From: Octopus bimaculoides
Taxonomy: Eukaryota
Assembly: GCF_001194135.2 (NCBI RefSeq)
Contig: NC_068984.1
Span: 84,486,184-84,550,183 of the forward strand
Reading direction: 5' to 3'
Length of the DNA: 64,000 nt
Position 1 is the stretch's first letter, and every line of letters starts with the position of its first letter. This document shows positions 37,983-51,093 of this stretch, in pieces. The notes below the pieces were generated by a model. It was not told where the DNA came from. It did no database searches and was given only the letters and a program-made list of their open reading frames with translations. A program made the translations under genes and the position numbers.

Positions 37983-39912
37983 AGCTTCTTTCAGTTTCCG
38001 TCTATCAAATCCACTCACAAGGCTCTGGTCAGCCTCAGGCTATAGTAGAAAACACTTGCCCAAGGTGCCATGCAGTGGGATTGAACCTGGATCCATGTGG
38101 TTGGGAAGCAAACTTCTTACCATGCAGCCAATCTACGTATTGAGCAGGGAGTGGACTTATGTCTGTCTTCCTACTTACTAGAACTTTGGCCTTTGCTAAG
38201 TTTTTTACTTTCACACCTGAAATTTCTTTTCTAATTCTACTACAGATTATGCCATAAGAATGAAATCATCATCATATAGTAGTTCCCAATATATCTTTTC
38301 TCCTTTTAAGGTGATATGAGATAGATTGAGGGAAATTTGCTACTATTTCATGCAGTGTAGCTTACTACATAGATACTTTTTATTGGTTTCAAATTTTGGC
38401 ACAAGGCCAGCAGTTTTGGGGGTGGGGTTAAGTTGATTAGATCAATCCCCAGTGTTCAACTGGTGCATATTTTATCAATCCCAAAAGGATGAGATGCAAA
38501 GTTGACCTCGGCAGAATTTGAACTCAGAATGTAAAGATGAATGAAATGTTGCTAAGCATTTTTACCCGATGTTTTAATGATTCTGCCAGCTCACTGCATT
38601 CAACTTCTTTATTACTACAACTACATATGACATCGAAAGATGGCTGAGAGATAACCCAATAAAACAAGCGGTATGGTAGAAATACAAGTCTGGTCTTTTT
38701 CTTCTCTCAAAATGATCCTGTCTCTAATTAGAACAAAAATCTTTGCAGTTAGTCTCTCTAATGTCATTGTTAAAAGTATTTTTAAAGGAAAGAATTGGGT
38801 TAATAATCTATGTTTATAAACATTTTTGTGTATTTGGCATTTCCACAAGTTGGCAGATTTAAGGTGGAGATGTTTAACATTTCTGCATTTATTACTTTAC
38901 TGTTTTTCAGTTTTTCATTTAGTAAATTTTAAATCACACATACAGACACAAACACAGTGACTTAAGCATACAGGCATGTATTGATACACAAACACATGCA
39001 CATACCATACTCTAAAATACACCTAATTCAAACACACACACACACACACACACGTATCATAAATGCTATCTGTTAGAAATATTACATAATTGTTTTAAAT
39101 AGTAAATGTTCTGTTGAATATGAGAACAAAATGAGATTAAGTTAGCTAGGTGGCATCCTGTGTATAGGTTCATTATAATTTAATGTCCACTTTACCATTC
39201 CTCAATGGGCCAAGTGGAATTTGTTGAGGCAAATTTTCTACAGCCATTACATCGAATATATTCAGCCATAGAAACCATGTCAAAGCAAACACTGGAGCAC
39301 AGTGTTAGTCCTTGGATCCATCAGATCCTGTCACACCATCCAACTCTTACCAGCATGTGTTTGTGAGTGCAGTTTTGTGAATATTTATATTCTACATCTT
39401 AGCATGTGTTTGAGCAAAACAGTGATGTTATATTGGCATTCCCTGTTAACAAATTAGCGTATCTGCTCTTTCAAAGACAAGCAGAATAAAAAAAAATCCT
39501 TTACTTTTAAAATAGCGAAGGATTAGTAACAGGAAGAGAATCTAGCTGTAAAATTATAAATATCCACTCATACACACTTTTACGTAGTAGACTACTGTCC
39601 CTGTATTGTACTGGAAACCTGTGATAAATTTCAGTCCCTTGACACACCATTAGACTTGAGAAATCAGCTAACTGGTTTCAATTCTTCCTTGGTGCACATT
39701 GCCAGTGGAGCAACCATGTTTACTCTGTAACACAAAGTAAACTGTAGTGATCAAGGTCAAACCTTTGTTACAAAACCACAAGAATACCACCTTTTAGCAT
39801 TAGAGTGCTGAAGGCAGTGTGGTCAACCCAAAGAAAGTTTTGGTGAAAGTTTTAATAATTTTTGAGTTCCCCTTATATGTATAATTTCACTAGAGTAGAT
39901 GTTCCTCACTTT

Positions 39913-39974
<62 letters not shown>

Positions 39975-40296
39975 NNNNNNNNNNNNNNNNNNNNNNNNNN
40001 NNNNNNNNNNNNNNNNNNNNNNNNNNNNNNNNNNNNNNNNNNNNNNNNNNNNNNNNNNNNNNNNNNNNNNNNNNNNNNNNNNNNNNNNNNNNNNNNNNNN
40101 NNNNNNNNNNNNNNNNNNNNNNNNNNNNNNNNNNNNNNNNNNNNNNNNNNNNNNNNNNNNNNNNNNNNNNNNNNNNNNNNNNNNNNNNNNNNNNNNNNNN
40201 NNNNNNNNNNNNNNNNNNNNNNNNNNNNNNNNNNNNNNNNNNNNNNNNNNNNNNNNNNNNNNNNNNNNNNNNNNNNNNNNNNNNNNNNNNNNNNNN

Positions 40297-40360
<64 letters not shown>

Positions 40361-41289
40361 CCATGTGGTAAAGGCTGATATCAGGATGCTCTAAGCCTCA
40401 CGAAGGAAGTGCCCGAGGGATTGCAACAAGCAGCAAGATGGCTGGAGAAGAAAACCTATCCGACCAGTGCAAACCTGGAAAAACATGGGAAATAATGTTG
40501 GGGATAATAATATATGTATATATCATCGTCATCATCTTTTAACATCCATCTGCCATGCTGGCTTAGATTATATGGTTTGACAGGATCCAACAAATCTGAG
40601 GAATGCATCATGCTCCAACATATGCTTTGGCTTGGTTTCTATGGCTGGATGCCCTTCCTATCAACCACTTTGAAAGTGTATTGAGTGCTTTTTACATGGC
40701 ACCAGCACTAGTGAGATTACAGTGTATCTTGCAAGACTAAAAACCCCATCGACTGAGTAGGGCTGGGCTACAGTAGAGACAGAAACAACTGTATTCAAGG
40801 TGATGAAAGCATAGAGTATGAACCTGGAGTAGGTTTCTTCCTATAGAAGAGGCACATGCTTCTCACATTATACAAGAGTGGATGGGGGTAATTGGTGTGG
40901 AGCTGGAAAGATAGTAAAGCACTGTAGAAGTTTTAAAATACAGTATTGGGTTGGCTGTTTTTTGGGGGGTGGGGGCATGGGGATAAATGTTGGTAACACA
41001 ATTGCATTTCAGGTTTTTGTTTAAGTTGTGTGTAAATATCAAATTTTATTTTTATTGTTTTTCAAAGCAATCAAATTTACAAAAGTAGGTTTACTGTATA
41101 AATGTTTTCAATATTTATATCAGCTTACAGAACTAACAAACAGCAAGTAAAATGGGTGCCATCCAGTTATGTCTCTTTGAACAGTATAAACATGCAGTCA
41201 CTACATATATCATTGTATCTTTCCTTGTTACATTGTCAGCACACAACTAGAACTCTCAAGGTTGTTACAAATGCTTGGTCTCACCATGA

Positions 41290-41923
41290 CTGAAGAGCTT
41301 TCATGGTGAAAGCACATCCTCAACAAAGTCAAAACTGTAGCCCAAAGACTGCTCTTCCTCTTCAGAATAAGAAAATACTTCTCCCTCTAACAACAACTAA
41401 TTCTGTACAAAGCGCAGGTGAGATCTACAATGGAATACAGCCCAGACATCTAGAACAGTGCTGCTCCTGTTGCAGTTACACATAGAAAATATCCTAGACT
41501 ACTTTCAAAGAAAGGCTATTTGAGTGATTGGTATAATGTCATTTACCAAAGCATTCTGACCTTGTCTTTCTATCTTGCTTTTTCTCTCAGCTCATGATTT
41601 AGTTACCCAGGTAACAAAAGCTATCAACTACTTCTACGGAACCTTCTGAGCATTGAAAAGAATTAATTTTACATATACCTTGTTGTTCATATCCAGTGGA
41701 ACATAATTGTTTCATTTCTTTCCACCTTTTGCACATCCTTTACATTTAGTGCCCACATCTCACTACTATGCGGTATCACACTTTATAATCAAGCATTGTA
41801 CAATTCATCTTTGACTTAAAGAGAGAACCCTCTTGTTGCCAGTTGAGGTAATAACTCCCTGAACTTTTCCCCACCCTATTCTTATTCTGGTTACTGTGCT
41901 TTCTGGACACCCTCCTCCACTGC
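41290..41923 (+). mobile_element. Decayed non-LTR retrotransposon (Jockey/I/CR1-like group) RT C-terminus and 3' end
   Basis: LYKAQVRSTMEYSPDI* and LDYFQRKAI*VIG motifs resemble the conserved post-RT YK..VR..MEY..W and QRKA.R.I region. Confidence 0.65.
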
Positions 41924-42001
41924 TGATTTAGTTATCCAGGTAACAAAAGTTATCAACTACTTCTATGGAACCTTCTGAGCATTGAAAATAATTAATTTTA
42001 C
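41595..42001 (+). repeat. 78-bp direct repeat pair (41595-41672 and 41924-42001)
   Basis: 74/78 identical by manual comparison. Confidence 0.9.
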
Positions 42002-43828
42002 TTATGCTGTCTGCTAATTACTCCCATACATGTCACATATATTGTATAGCAAGTCCTGTTTGACTTTTAGTACTTATTGAAAAGTACAAACATGCTGTTT
42101 AATACTGCTAATTTAGTGATCTATATAATTTCTTTTATATCACTTCTCTCTATTTATTTGTAAGTTCTTGAATGCCTGATTTAATAAATTTATTGGGTTT
42201 TGAATTAGAATATATATTTATTTAATTTCTCATCTCTTCCCTGCTGGGCATACTTCCCACCCACTGTAATTGATTTTGTTAAGATCTAAATAAGTGGATG
42301 TCTGATAGAGCAAAATCTTGAAAATATGGAATGCATAGTGTTTTTTTTTCCCCATCTGAATGATTCCAGAGCATATTTAGTGACTTGTGTAGTATGTGGT
42401 CAAGCTTATGAAAGATTATGCGCAAAAGTTTTTTAAACCAAGATATTTCTATCCAAAACAGTTTCGAATAGTGGTGTTACTGACAGCAGACTTCAGAAGT
42501 GATTGCTTGGTTCTGCTCTAGAAGCTCATAATGAATAATTTCTTTGTTATCCTACCAAACAGCCAAAAAAATTTTCTTTGGGTAAGTCTCCCTCATGGAT
42601 GTGTTTATAGGTTTTCGATTTGGGCTCAGCTACTGTCTGAAGTGCTTAATACTGCTGCAAAGAATCCATTTCTTATTTCCATTCAGAATCTGGTTTAAAA
42701 ATGGTACTTGACAGTTACATGTATGGAGTGATTCACTGCAATTAAGCTGCCACATGTATTCAGCTTCATTCTCATTGCATGTCATTATCGGCAAGTGTCT
42801 CCTCCTAACATGAAGCTCACCAAAGCTTTGTGAGTGGATTTGGTAGACACAGATGTAAACAAGTCCACTTGTGTGTGTGTGTTTATCCAGTTGTTCTCCT
42901 CAGAGTTTATAGTTTTGCAAGCAAAATGGTGACCTCACTGGTGTGAGTGGCATGAAAAAACACACTCAGTACTCACTGTAAAGTGGTTGGTGTTAAAAAG
43001 GGTACCCAGCCATAGAAACCATGCTGAAGCAGACACGGAAGAATGATGTAGTCCTTGGACCCATTGGATCTTGTCAAAGGCCAGCAGGGAACATGGCTGT
43101 TAAATAATGATGGCACATGTTTGTGTGTGTGTTTGTTTGTATCTACACTTCACCAAAGATCAATAAGCTACAAGTGGTAGCATTGCTGTCATTTCCTGTG
43201 TTAGCACATCATCTGCTGGCTTTGTGCCTTCAAAGACTTGTGGAATAAAATATCCCTTACTTGCGAAGTAGGTTAGGGTTAATGACTTGAAGGGTGTCCA
43301 GCTGTAAAACAAAAATATAATATATTTGTCTAGCATGGAAAAATAAATGTAAAAACAAATATGTGTGTCTACACACACGCGCACACACACACATTCACAC
43401 CCACACACACAGACATACACACACACACAGACATACACACACACACAGACATACACACACACACAACTGATTTGTATTGTATCTCAACATATATTCTCTT
43501 GTCATACAAAGACTGCTAGCCATGGCTATATAAGGCTGACAGCTTGGCATTTCACTCATGTAACCTCCAGCTTTTGAAGTGAGTAACCCAATTTGCACAA
43601 CTGTTTTGTGTGAAATGCATTTTGCTTTTTCAAACTGCTTTCATTTCCACCTTATAGGCAATAATAATAGCTTTGAAGTTTCTTATTTCCTTTTAGCTAT
43701 GGCATGAAACAGATATGTTCTGTTTAGCATGTGTATGTTCATACCCTTAAATATATAAATATATAAATAAATTACGGAGATGTACTTGCATAGCAAGTGA
43801 CCTGATCTGAGATTGTGTGCTGGAACGA

Positions 43829-43898
43829 AAACAATTGCAGCGCGGAAGGTGTTTATAAGCCATATGGCTTATAAACACCTTCCACGCTGCAATTGTTT
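43829..43898. repeat. 70-bp spacerless palindrome
   Basis: AAACAATTGCAGCGCGGAAGGTGTTTATAAGCCAT|ATGGCTTATAAACACCTTCCACGCTGCAATTGTTT, one mismatch. Confidence 0.92.
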
Positions 43899-44614
43899 GT
43901 ATATATAAATGTATATATTTATCATGAAGGTGTGTTGCCTAGAAGTGTGAGGGTGTTGTACTCATGAATGCAGCACAATTGTAAGATTGTGGTTTCAATT
44001 CCTGTATTCTACAGTGTATTATGTTCTCAAGCAAAACACTTCATTTCATGTTGATCTAACCACTTCAACATCTGATGTGTGACATATCATCCACCTGTAT
44101 AGGCAATGTCAATTTGATAAAATGAGAGAGCTAATGTACAATGCAAACATTTGATTACTATAAACAAGTCATCTGTGTAGGTTGTTCAGCAAGATATTGT
44201 GGAACCCTCTGTCATCTATCATCTGTCATCTATGACAAGAGAGTCCATGAAATTTATATATATAAGCATCTTAATATCTACTTTTCCATGCTTGCATGGG
44301 TTAACTGGAATTTGTTAAGGTGAATTTTCTACAGTCACATGCCCTTCTGTCACCAACGATCACCTGTTTCCCTACCTATTGCATGGCATCCAAGACTAAA
44401 AGTGGGAAGTAAAATCACAACTCATTGTATGTATTTTCAGACTGGAGACATGGTCCAGTTCCTTGAAGCAGAATGGTCTCTGCTAAAGGATCCTAGGGAT
44501 CTGGTAGTGGTGTTAAAGTGGACCACAGGATATGTCTTCCATCTTAGAAAATATACAGTCTGATGTATGATAGCACAAATTCCAATTCTTATCGAATTAA
44601 TCAATAGTCTACAC

Positions 44615-44869
44615 CTGTAATTCTCAACCAGGATCCATATGGCCCTTGGGAGTCCGTATAAAATTTTGTTGTTTAAATTTATCTGCAAAAAATTTATAAT
44701 TCTATAATATACAAAATATTTTAATAATTATTTTTATACAATTCTTAATGATATTTAATTATGAAAATATAATACGATTTTTTTTTTACATTGAATGGTT
44801 AGGAGGGTCCATCTGAGTAAAATAGGAATCAAAGGGGTCCACAGGTACAAAAATGGTTGAGAAATGCTG
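44615..44869. mobile_element. hAT-type MITE
   Basis: Imperfect TIRs CTGTAATTCTCAACC / GGTTGAGAAATGCTG; perfect 8-bp TSD GTCTACAC (44607-44614, 44870-44877). Confidence 0.88.
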
Positions 44870-46004
44870 GTCTACACAGTTTCTCTGACAATGCTTGGGT
44901 CTATCTGAGAAGATAATTGGTAAGAGGACAATTGCCAAGTTTTGTACTGTAAGATTAAACTCAAAACCAATGTGGTTGCCAGGCAAACTTTTTAACTTCT
45001 CTGAATTTTTATTAGAATTTCATTTAACCCTTTAGCATTTAAACTGGCCATATCTGGGCAAAATAATTTACCTGTTTTATCTTCAAATTGGCTAGATTCA
45101 GCCTCTCTTACCTACTCTACAATGTCATTCTAAAAATAAACAATCACATCATTTAACTCTCAAATCTTCAAGATATTGCCTAACAAATTCAAATCAATTT
45201 GAGTAAATAAGCATTACAGTTAACTCAGAAATCTGAATGCTTAAGAGTTAATGTATCTCAGTTTCTGATTGACTGTATACTTTTATTCACCTGCTTGGAG
45301 TAACAGCTCTGATTACATTGTACCATAAAAAAAAAAAAAGGATAATGAAGTCCTTGATATATTTCAATATAAGAGGAGATGGTCATTGTTGGAATATCTC
45401 TGATTAAAGGTCTACTCAATTAGAGATAATCTAGAGTTAAACAATATACTGAAGATTTTTCTTTTAGTCAAAATATATATTCTTTTTTCATTCCATAATG
45501 TACAATTTTTGCCTAACAATATGAAGTCAACATGTCTTGATATATTTCTATTCTGTCATATGCTTGGATGATTTGTAATAAAAATAGCATTAATATACAC
45601 ACCACAGTAGGAATTTTTGCATCATAAATAAAGAACTATTTATACTGAACAACTTCTTTTATTCCTTACTGTAGCTTTAATAGTCATATTGGTTTCAAAT
45701 TTTGGCAAAAGGCCATAAAGTTTGGGGTAAGGGAATTATATCAACCCCAGTGCTCAACTGATACTTACTTTATCAACCCTGAAAGAATGAAAGGCAAAGT
45801 TGACCATGGCAGAATTTGAACTTCAGAACAAGAAAGACAGACGAAATACTGCTAAGCATTTTACTCAGCATGTTAACGATTCTGCCAGCTCACCATCTTA
45901 GCTTTAATAGTCATATTCTGGAATATTTCAGTGATGTTCATTAAAGACTAACTTACTTTTTCTTAACCTGCTAGAAATAACAACCAAATCTCCTTTATAT
46001 ACAT

Positions 46005-46149
46005 CAGTTATGGACAAACTGCAACCTGCAAGACTTTTTGAATGGTATACCTAACAAAAGATTACCTTGAGATTTTTATTTGTGTAGCCTGCCTGATAAT
46101 GAGTCATGTCTCATGCAGCCTGCTTCTTGAGAAAGGTTGCCCATGCCTA
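46005..46149. mobile_element. hAT-type MITE, decayed sister of 55127-55265
   Basis: CAGTTATGGACAAACT...GGTTGCCCATGCCT ends; interior similar to the 55.1-kb copy; TSD not clear. Confidence 0.65.
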
Positions 46150-46204
46150 AATTATACTCTGCCATCTTAATCTTTTGTTATCATATTTCTGTTAAGCTAA
46201 ACTG

Positions 46205-46600
46205 CATCATCATCATTTAACATCTGTTTTCCATGCTGGTATGGGTTAAACTGTTTGTTAGGAGCTGGCCAGCAGGAGAGCTGCATCAGACTTCAATTGT
46301 CTGTTTTGACACGGTTTCTAAGGCTGGATGCCCTTTCTATCGCCAATCACTTTACAAAGTACTAGGTGCTTTTTATGTGGCACCATTATGAGTACATTAT
46401 ATGTGACACCAGTACAGGTACCTTTTACGTGGCACTGGCATGGGTGCTTTTTATGTGGCACCAGAATGGGTGTTTTTTATGTGGCACCATCACAGGTGCT
46501 TTTTGCATTGGCACCGGCACAGGTGCTTTTAAGTGGCACCGGCATGGGTGCTTTTTACATGAGACTGGCATGGGTGCCTTTTATGTGACACCAGCCTATG
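46205..46600 (-). mobile_element. RTE 3' tail with ~30-bp GC-rich subrepeat array
   Basis: (CAT)n tail followed by repeated GGGTGCTTTTTATGTGGCACC units. Confidence 0.8.
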
Positions 46601-47931
46601 TTTAAAATAATTTTGAAATAATGATGAATTAGTAAAATAATTACTTGATCAAGGCCAACTAGAGTATTATACAATAACAAGCAACATTGATCAAATAAAC
46701 TATATTTGATCTTATCAGTAAAGAGAGGGTGAGAAGTATTGGTTGTGTTGAACTAGATTACTATTCTCACAGCTATATTTATATGTTGTGTGGCTGTCAC
46801 TTCCTTGGAAAAGGAAATATTCAAGTCCTACATTTTAACTCCTTATTTTTTTTCAAATTAATTAATTTTAGTGAGATATTGTTTTTAAGTCAAAGATAAG
46901 ATTGTAGTAGTAATAGTAGTAGTAGTAGTAGTAGTTGTAATGATAGTTAATGTTTCTAATTTAGGCTCAAGGTCAGTAGTTTTGAAGGAAGGGAACTAGT
47001 GGATATCATTGGCTTTCTAGTACTTGGCTGGTACTATATTTAATTGACCCTGAAAAGAAGAAAAGTAACCTTACCTTTAGTAGGATTTGAACTCAGAACC
47101 TAAACAACTGGAAGGCATTTTCTCTAATGCTCTGAGAATTCTGCCAAGTCACTGGCTTATAATAATATTGATAATGGTTTCAAATTTTTGCACCGCCCTT
47201 TAGTCGGAGAAATCGACCCCTGGACTTATTCCCTGTAAGCCTGGTGCTTATTCTATCAGTTACTTCTGCTGAACAGCTAAGTTATGGGGATGCAAACACC
47301 AACATCGGTTGTCAAACAATGGTGGTGGGGGGACAAACACAGACACAAATACACACACAAAAATATTATATATATATATGTATGATGGGCTTCTTTCAGT
47401 TTCCATCTACCAAATTCACTCATGAGCTTTGGTTGGCCCGAAGCTATAGTAGAAGACACTCTTTAAAGCATAGAGTTGAATTTCGTATAGCCACCTGTTG
47501 GTAACTTTTCTCCCCCACCCATTCTGCAGGGGGTATAGCTATTTTCCTGGGCTCTTTTCACAGCTATACCCCATTCGAAATTTGCATTAGTTTTTGTATG
47601 AAAAAAAAAAATGGAAAGGAGGGTGTCTTATTTGTAGTTTGTAGAGAAAACATTAAACATGCCTGAAAAAGACATGGTCTCCCTCCCCCCAACTAAAAGG
47701 CATGAACTATGAAAGACGGTGAATAAGTACCTGGGGTACTCACAGAATAAAAACGTAAACACCTGAAAGACTTTCCTTCTATTCATTACTAAATGTCTTT
47801 CCCTCTTCATTGTTAAAAGTAAAGAAGCTAGAAAAGATCGATTGTATTTCAGTGTAATTGTCATTTTAAATGACTGAGGCTTTCTTTTCTCTGTCTCTAT
47901 CGCTTCACTCTCTTTCTTTGTGGTTAAGAGA

Positions 47932-48252
47932 GTGAAGGTGTGTGGCTCAGTGGTTAGGGTACTTGGCCCACAATCGTAAAGTCATGAGTACGATTCCCTG
48001 CAGCACACTGTGTTTTTGAGCAAGGCACTCTACTTCACCTTGCTGCAGTCCATTCAGTTGGCAAAAATGAGTTGTAGCTGTAATTAAAAGGGGTCAGCCT
48101 TGTCACATTCTGTGTGAGGCTGAATCTTCCTGAGAACTACCTTATGGTATGCATGTCTGTGGAGTATTCAGCCACTTGTGCGTTAATTTTATGAGCAGAC
48201 TGTTCATTGATCAGATAAACAGGAACCTTGTTGTCATAACCAATGGAGTGCC
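47932..48252 (+). mobile_element. SINE family B2
   Basis: TGGCTCAGTGGTTAGGG head, TTGAGCAAGGCACT central domain, and the 3' half shared with B1. Confidence 0.85.
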
Positions 48253-50163
48253 ATTTTCAAAAAAAAGTGAAAGAAAAGGAAGTGCTCCATATCATAAGGC
48301 AAAAATGTCATACGTTTAGTATAAGCAGTGAAAGCTAAGATGAAATAATTGCTATTCCGTTGTGTATTTGCCCTCGACTCATACTAAGTTTGATAACAAC
48401 AGCCTGTGCATTGGTATTTATCTGGGGGTTTGGCCTTCAGATCTGTGAGACCCACAAATGCCACTGTTAGGACCGGATTAACACCCATAGTGATCCTAAC
48501 AACTAAAAAGATTTTCCTGCCCCTATATAGGATCTTTTTTATTTTCTTCCAACCACTTGAAGGTTTATCCTGCTCCAGTCCATTCAGCTGGCCAAAATGA
48601 GTTGTAGTTGTAATTCAAAGAAGTCAGCCTTGTCATATTCTGTGTGAGGCTGAATCTCCCTGAGAACTACATTAATGATATGCATGTCTGTGGAGTAATC
48701 AGCCATTTGTGAGTTAATTTTATCCTCGTGTGGTAATGAAAAGTGAAAGTGACATCCAATATTTGCTGTGTCTATGTATCTATGTATCAACTTTCCTTTG
48801 GATCTATGTATCTACTCTCTCTCACTTTCTCTCTTACTCTTTCACTTCCTCTCTGTCCCTCCTCTCTCTCGCTTTTAATTTAACAATGTGTGTATGTATC
48901 TATGTATCTACTTTTCTTGTGATGTGATAAACATTTAAAAACACAAAACGAACGCCGTCACCACTCACTGTCTCTTTCTTTCTCTCTCTCTCTCTCTCTT
49001 TCTCACGTCCTCTCTGAAACATTTAAAAACACAAAACGAATGCTGTCACCACTCACTGTTTCTCTCTTTCTCACTCTCTCTCTTTCTCTCTTACTTAATC
49101 TCTGTCCTCCTCTCTCTCGCTTTGCCACTCACTTTTTCTTTGAAGTAAGTGTGACACACCCCACAGGTACATACAAAAAGAACAAGGCCTAAGATTTTAG
49201 AGGAAAGAGCTAGTTGATTACATCACTCCCAGTGTTCGACGGGTGCTCTTTCATCAACCCCAAAAGGATGAAAGCAAAGTTGACCTTGGCAGAATTTGAA
49301 CTCAGCACAAAAAGACATAAAGACACTAAGAATTTTGCCCAGGTTTAGTTGATACCATTGACTCCAGTATATAACTGGTACTTTACATTATTAACCCTGA
49401 AAATATGAAATGTAAAGTTGAACTCACAATCTAGAAAGATGGAATAAACACTGCATGGCATTTAGTCTGATGCTCTGATAATTTGGTGAGAGGGGTTTAG
49501 TCAATTAAGGTGGCCCCAGTACTTGGTTGGTGCTTTATTAACCTTAGAGGGATGAAAGGCAAAGTTGATCACAGTGGGATTTGGACTCACAATGTAAAGA
49601 TCCAGAAGAAATACCACAAATCATTTCATCTTACGCTTTAATCTGCTAATCCACTGGCAATATGTAATCATCATCATCATCATCATTTAGTGTCTATTTT
49701 CCATGCTAGCATGGGTTGAATTGTTTGATTGGATCTGGCGAGTTGCAAGGCCGTGTCAAGCTCCTATATCATCTTTGGCATGGTTTCACTGGTTATATGC
49801 CCTTCCTAATGCCATCCACTCTACAGAGTGTACTGGATGTCTTTTTTGTGCCACTGGTATTTGTGATGTCACCAAGTAACTTGCAAGACAAGAAAATAGG
49901 TAGGGAAAAGAAAAGGCCTTCTCAACTAAATGGGGTACGAGTTGGGGTTAGTATTTAAAAGGAGGAGGAGGGGCACTGGTTCTCTGTCAAGTGTTGAGAG
50001 GCTAAAGTGTGATGGAAGAACAAAAATTAGGTGTCTTGCTATAGAAGAGATACAAGGCTACCTAGCATTATATAAGTGTAGATGGGAGTAACTGGAATAA
50101 AAGAGATGCTGGAATGCCAGAGCATCATCAAATACTAGAAAGTTGGTATCAGAAGATATAGAC

Positions 50164-51093
50164 CCATGGTTCTTAACCATTTTTTTCTGTAGTGCCCCTT
50201 TTTAAGTAGTAGTTATGTGTAGTACCCACCTAAGTGACAAGTGAGGTATCATGACTAAACTAACTTAACATGGGTGACAATTTATAAATTTTACTAAAAT
50301 TGTGATCACAATATATGAAATAAACAAGTAAGACTTTGTGCCTAAAAATACTATTCAAAACAGAAATATATCATTAAAATTTAGTTATTCTTGTTCAAAC
50401 ATGTCTTTAGTCACGATATATATTTATCTCTCATTTTATTTTAATAACCATTACTGGTTTTATCATGTATAATATAATTACTACTTTATGTAAAATTTAG
50501 TATGTTAGTAAGCCAAAATCAGTGGAGGCGCAATGGCCCAGTGGTTAGGGCAGTGGACTCATGGTCATAGGATCGCGGTTTCGATTCCCAGACCAGGCGT
50601 TGTGAGTGTTTATTGAGCGAAAACACCTAAAAGTTTCACGAGGCTCCGGCAGGGGATGGTGGCGAACCCTGCTGTACTCTTCCGCCACAACTTTCTCTCA
50701 CTCTTACTTCCTGTTTCTGTTGTGCCTGTAATTCAAAGGGTCAGCCTTGTCACACTGTGTCACACTGAATATCCCCAAGAACTACGTTAAGGGTACACGT
50801 GTCTGTGGAGTGCTCAGCCACTTGCACGTTAATTTCACGAGCAGGCTGTTCCATTGATCGGATCAACTGGAACCCTCGACGTCGTAAGTGACGGAGTGCC
50901 AACAACAAGAAGCCAAAATCAGACTGGTGCCTGGTACAGCTCTCTGAACCCATGCCAGCATAGAAAATGGATGCTAAATGATTATGATGAACTATGTTAC
51001 CTCACTGCCCCCTCACTACCCCCTAAAGCCTAACGCCCTCTTCAACTTGCCCAGCGGCCCTTGGGCTGGTACCGCTCAAGTTGAGAACCTCTG
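50164..51093. mobile_element. hAT-type non-autonomous element carrying nested insertions
   Basis: Ends CCATGGTTCTTAACC / AGTTGAGAACCTCTG; TSD ATATAGAC (50156-50163) vs ATAGAGAC (51094-51101), 7/8 match. Confidence 0.65.
50523..50909 (+). mobile_element. SINE family B1, full length with 13-bp TSD
   Basis: tRNA-like head with A and B boxes, (AAC)n tail, TSD AAGCCAAAATCAG at 50510-50522 and 50910-50922. Confidence 0.93.

Noticed and set aside
42376-42760. Unique-looking segment with a CVVC..C-like peptide (LVTCVVCGQAYERLC)
   Set aside because: Multiple stops in all frames and no recognisable family; not ERMP1-like. Probably an old TE fragment.
44427-44561. Exon-like stretch after TTTCAG (TGDMVQFLEAEW...)
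   Set aside because: No similarity to the expected ERMP1 exon 2 (ASDD motif), no donor before the stop, and it lies among repeats.
47530-47572. 11-bp stem hairpin GGGGTATAGCT / AGCTATACCCC
   Set aside because: Short and isolated, with no TSD or Helitron CTRR end identifiable; cannot be supported as an element.
24361-50600. tRNA-like heads of SINE B copies as functional tRNA genes
   Set aside because: No complete cloverleaf, and each continues into a SINE body and tail.
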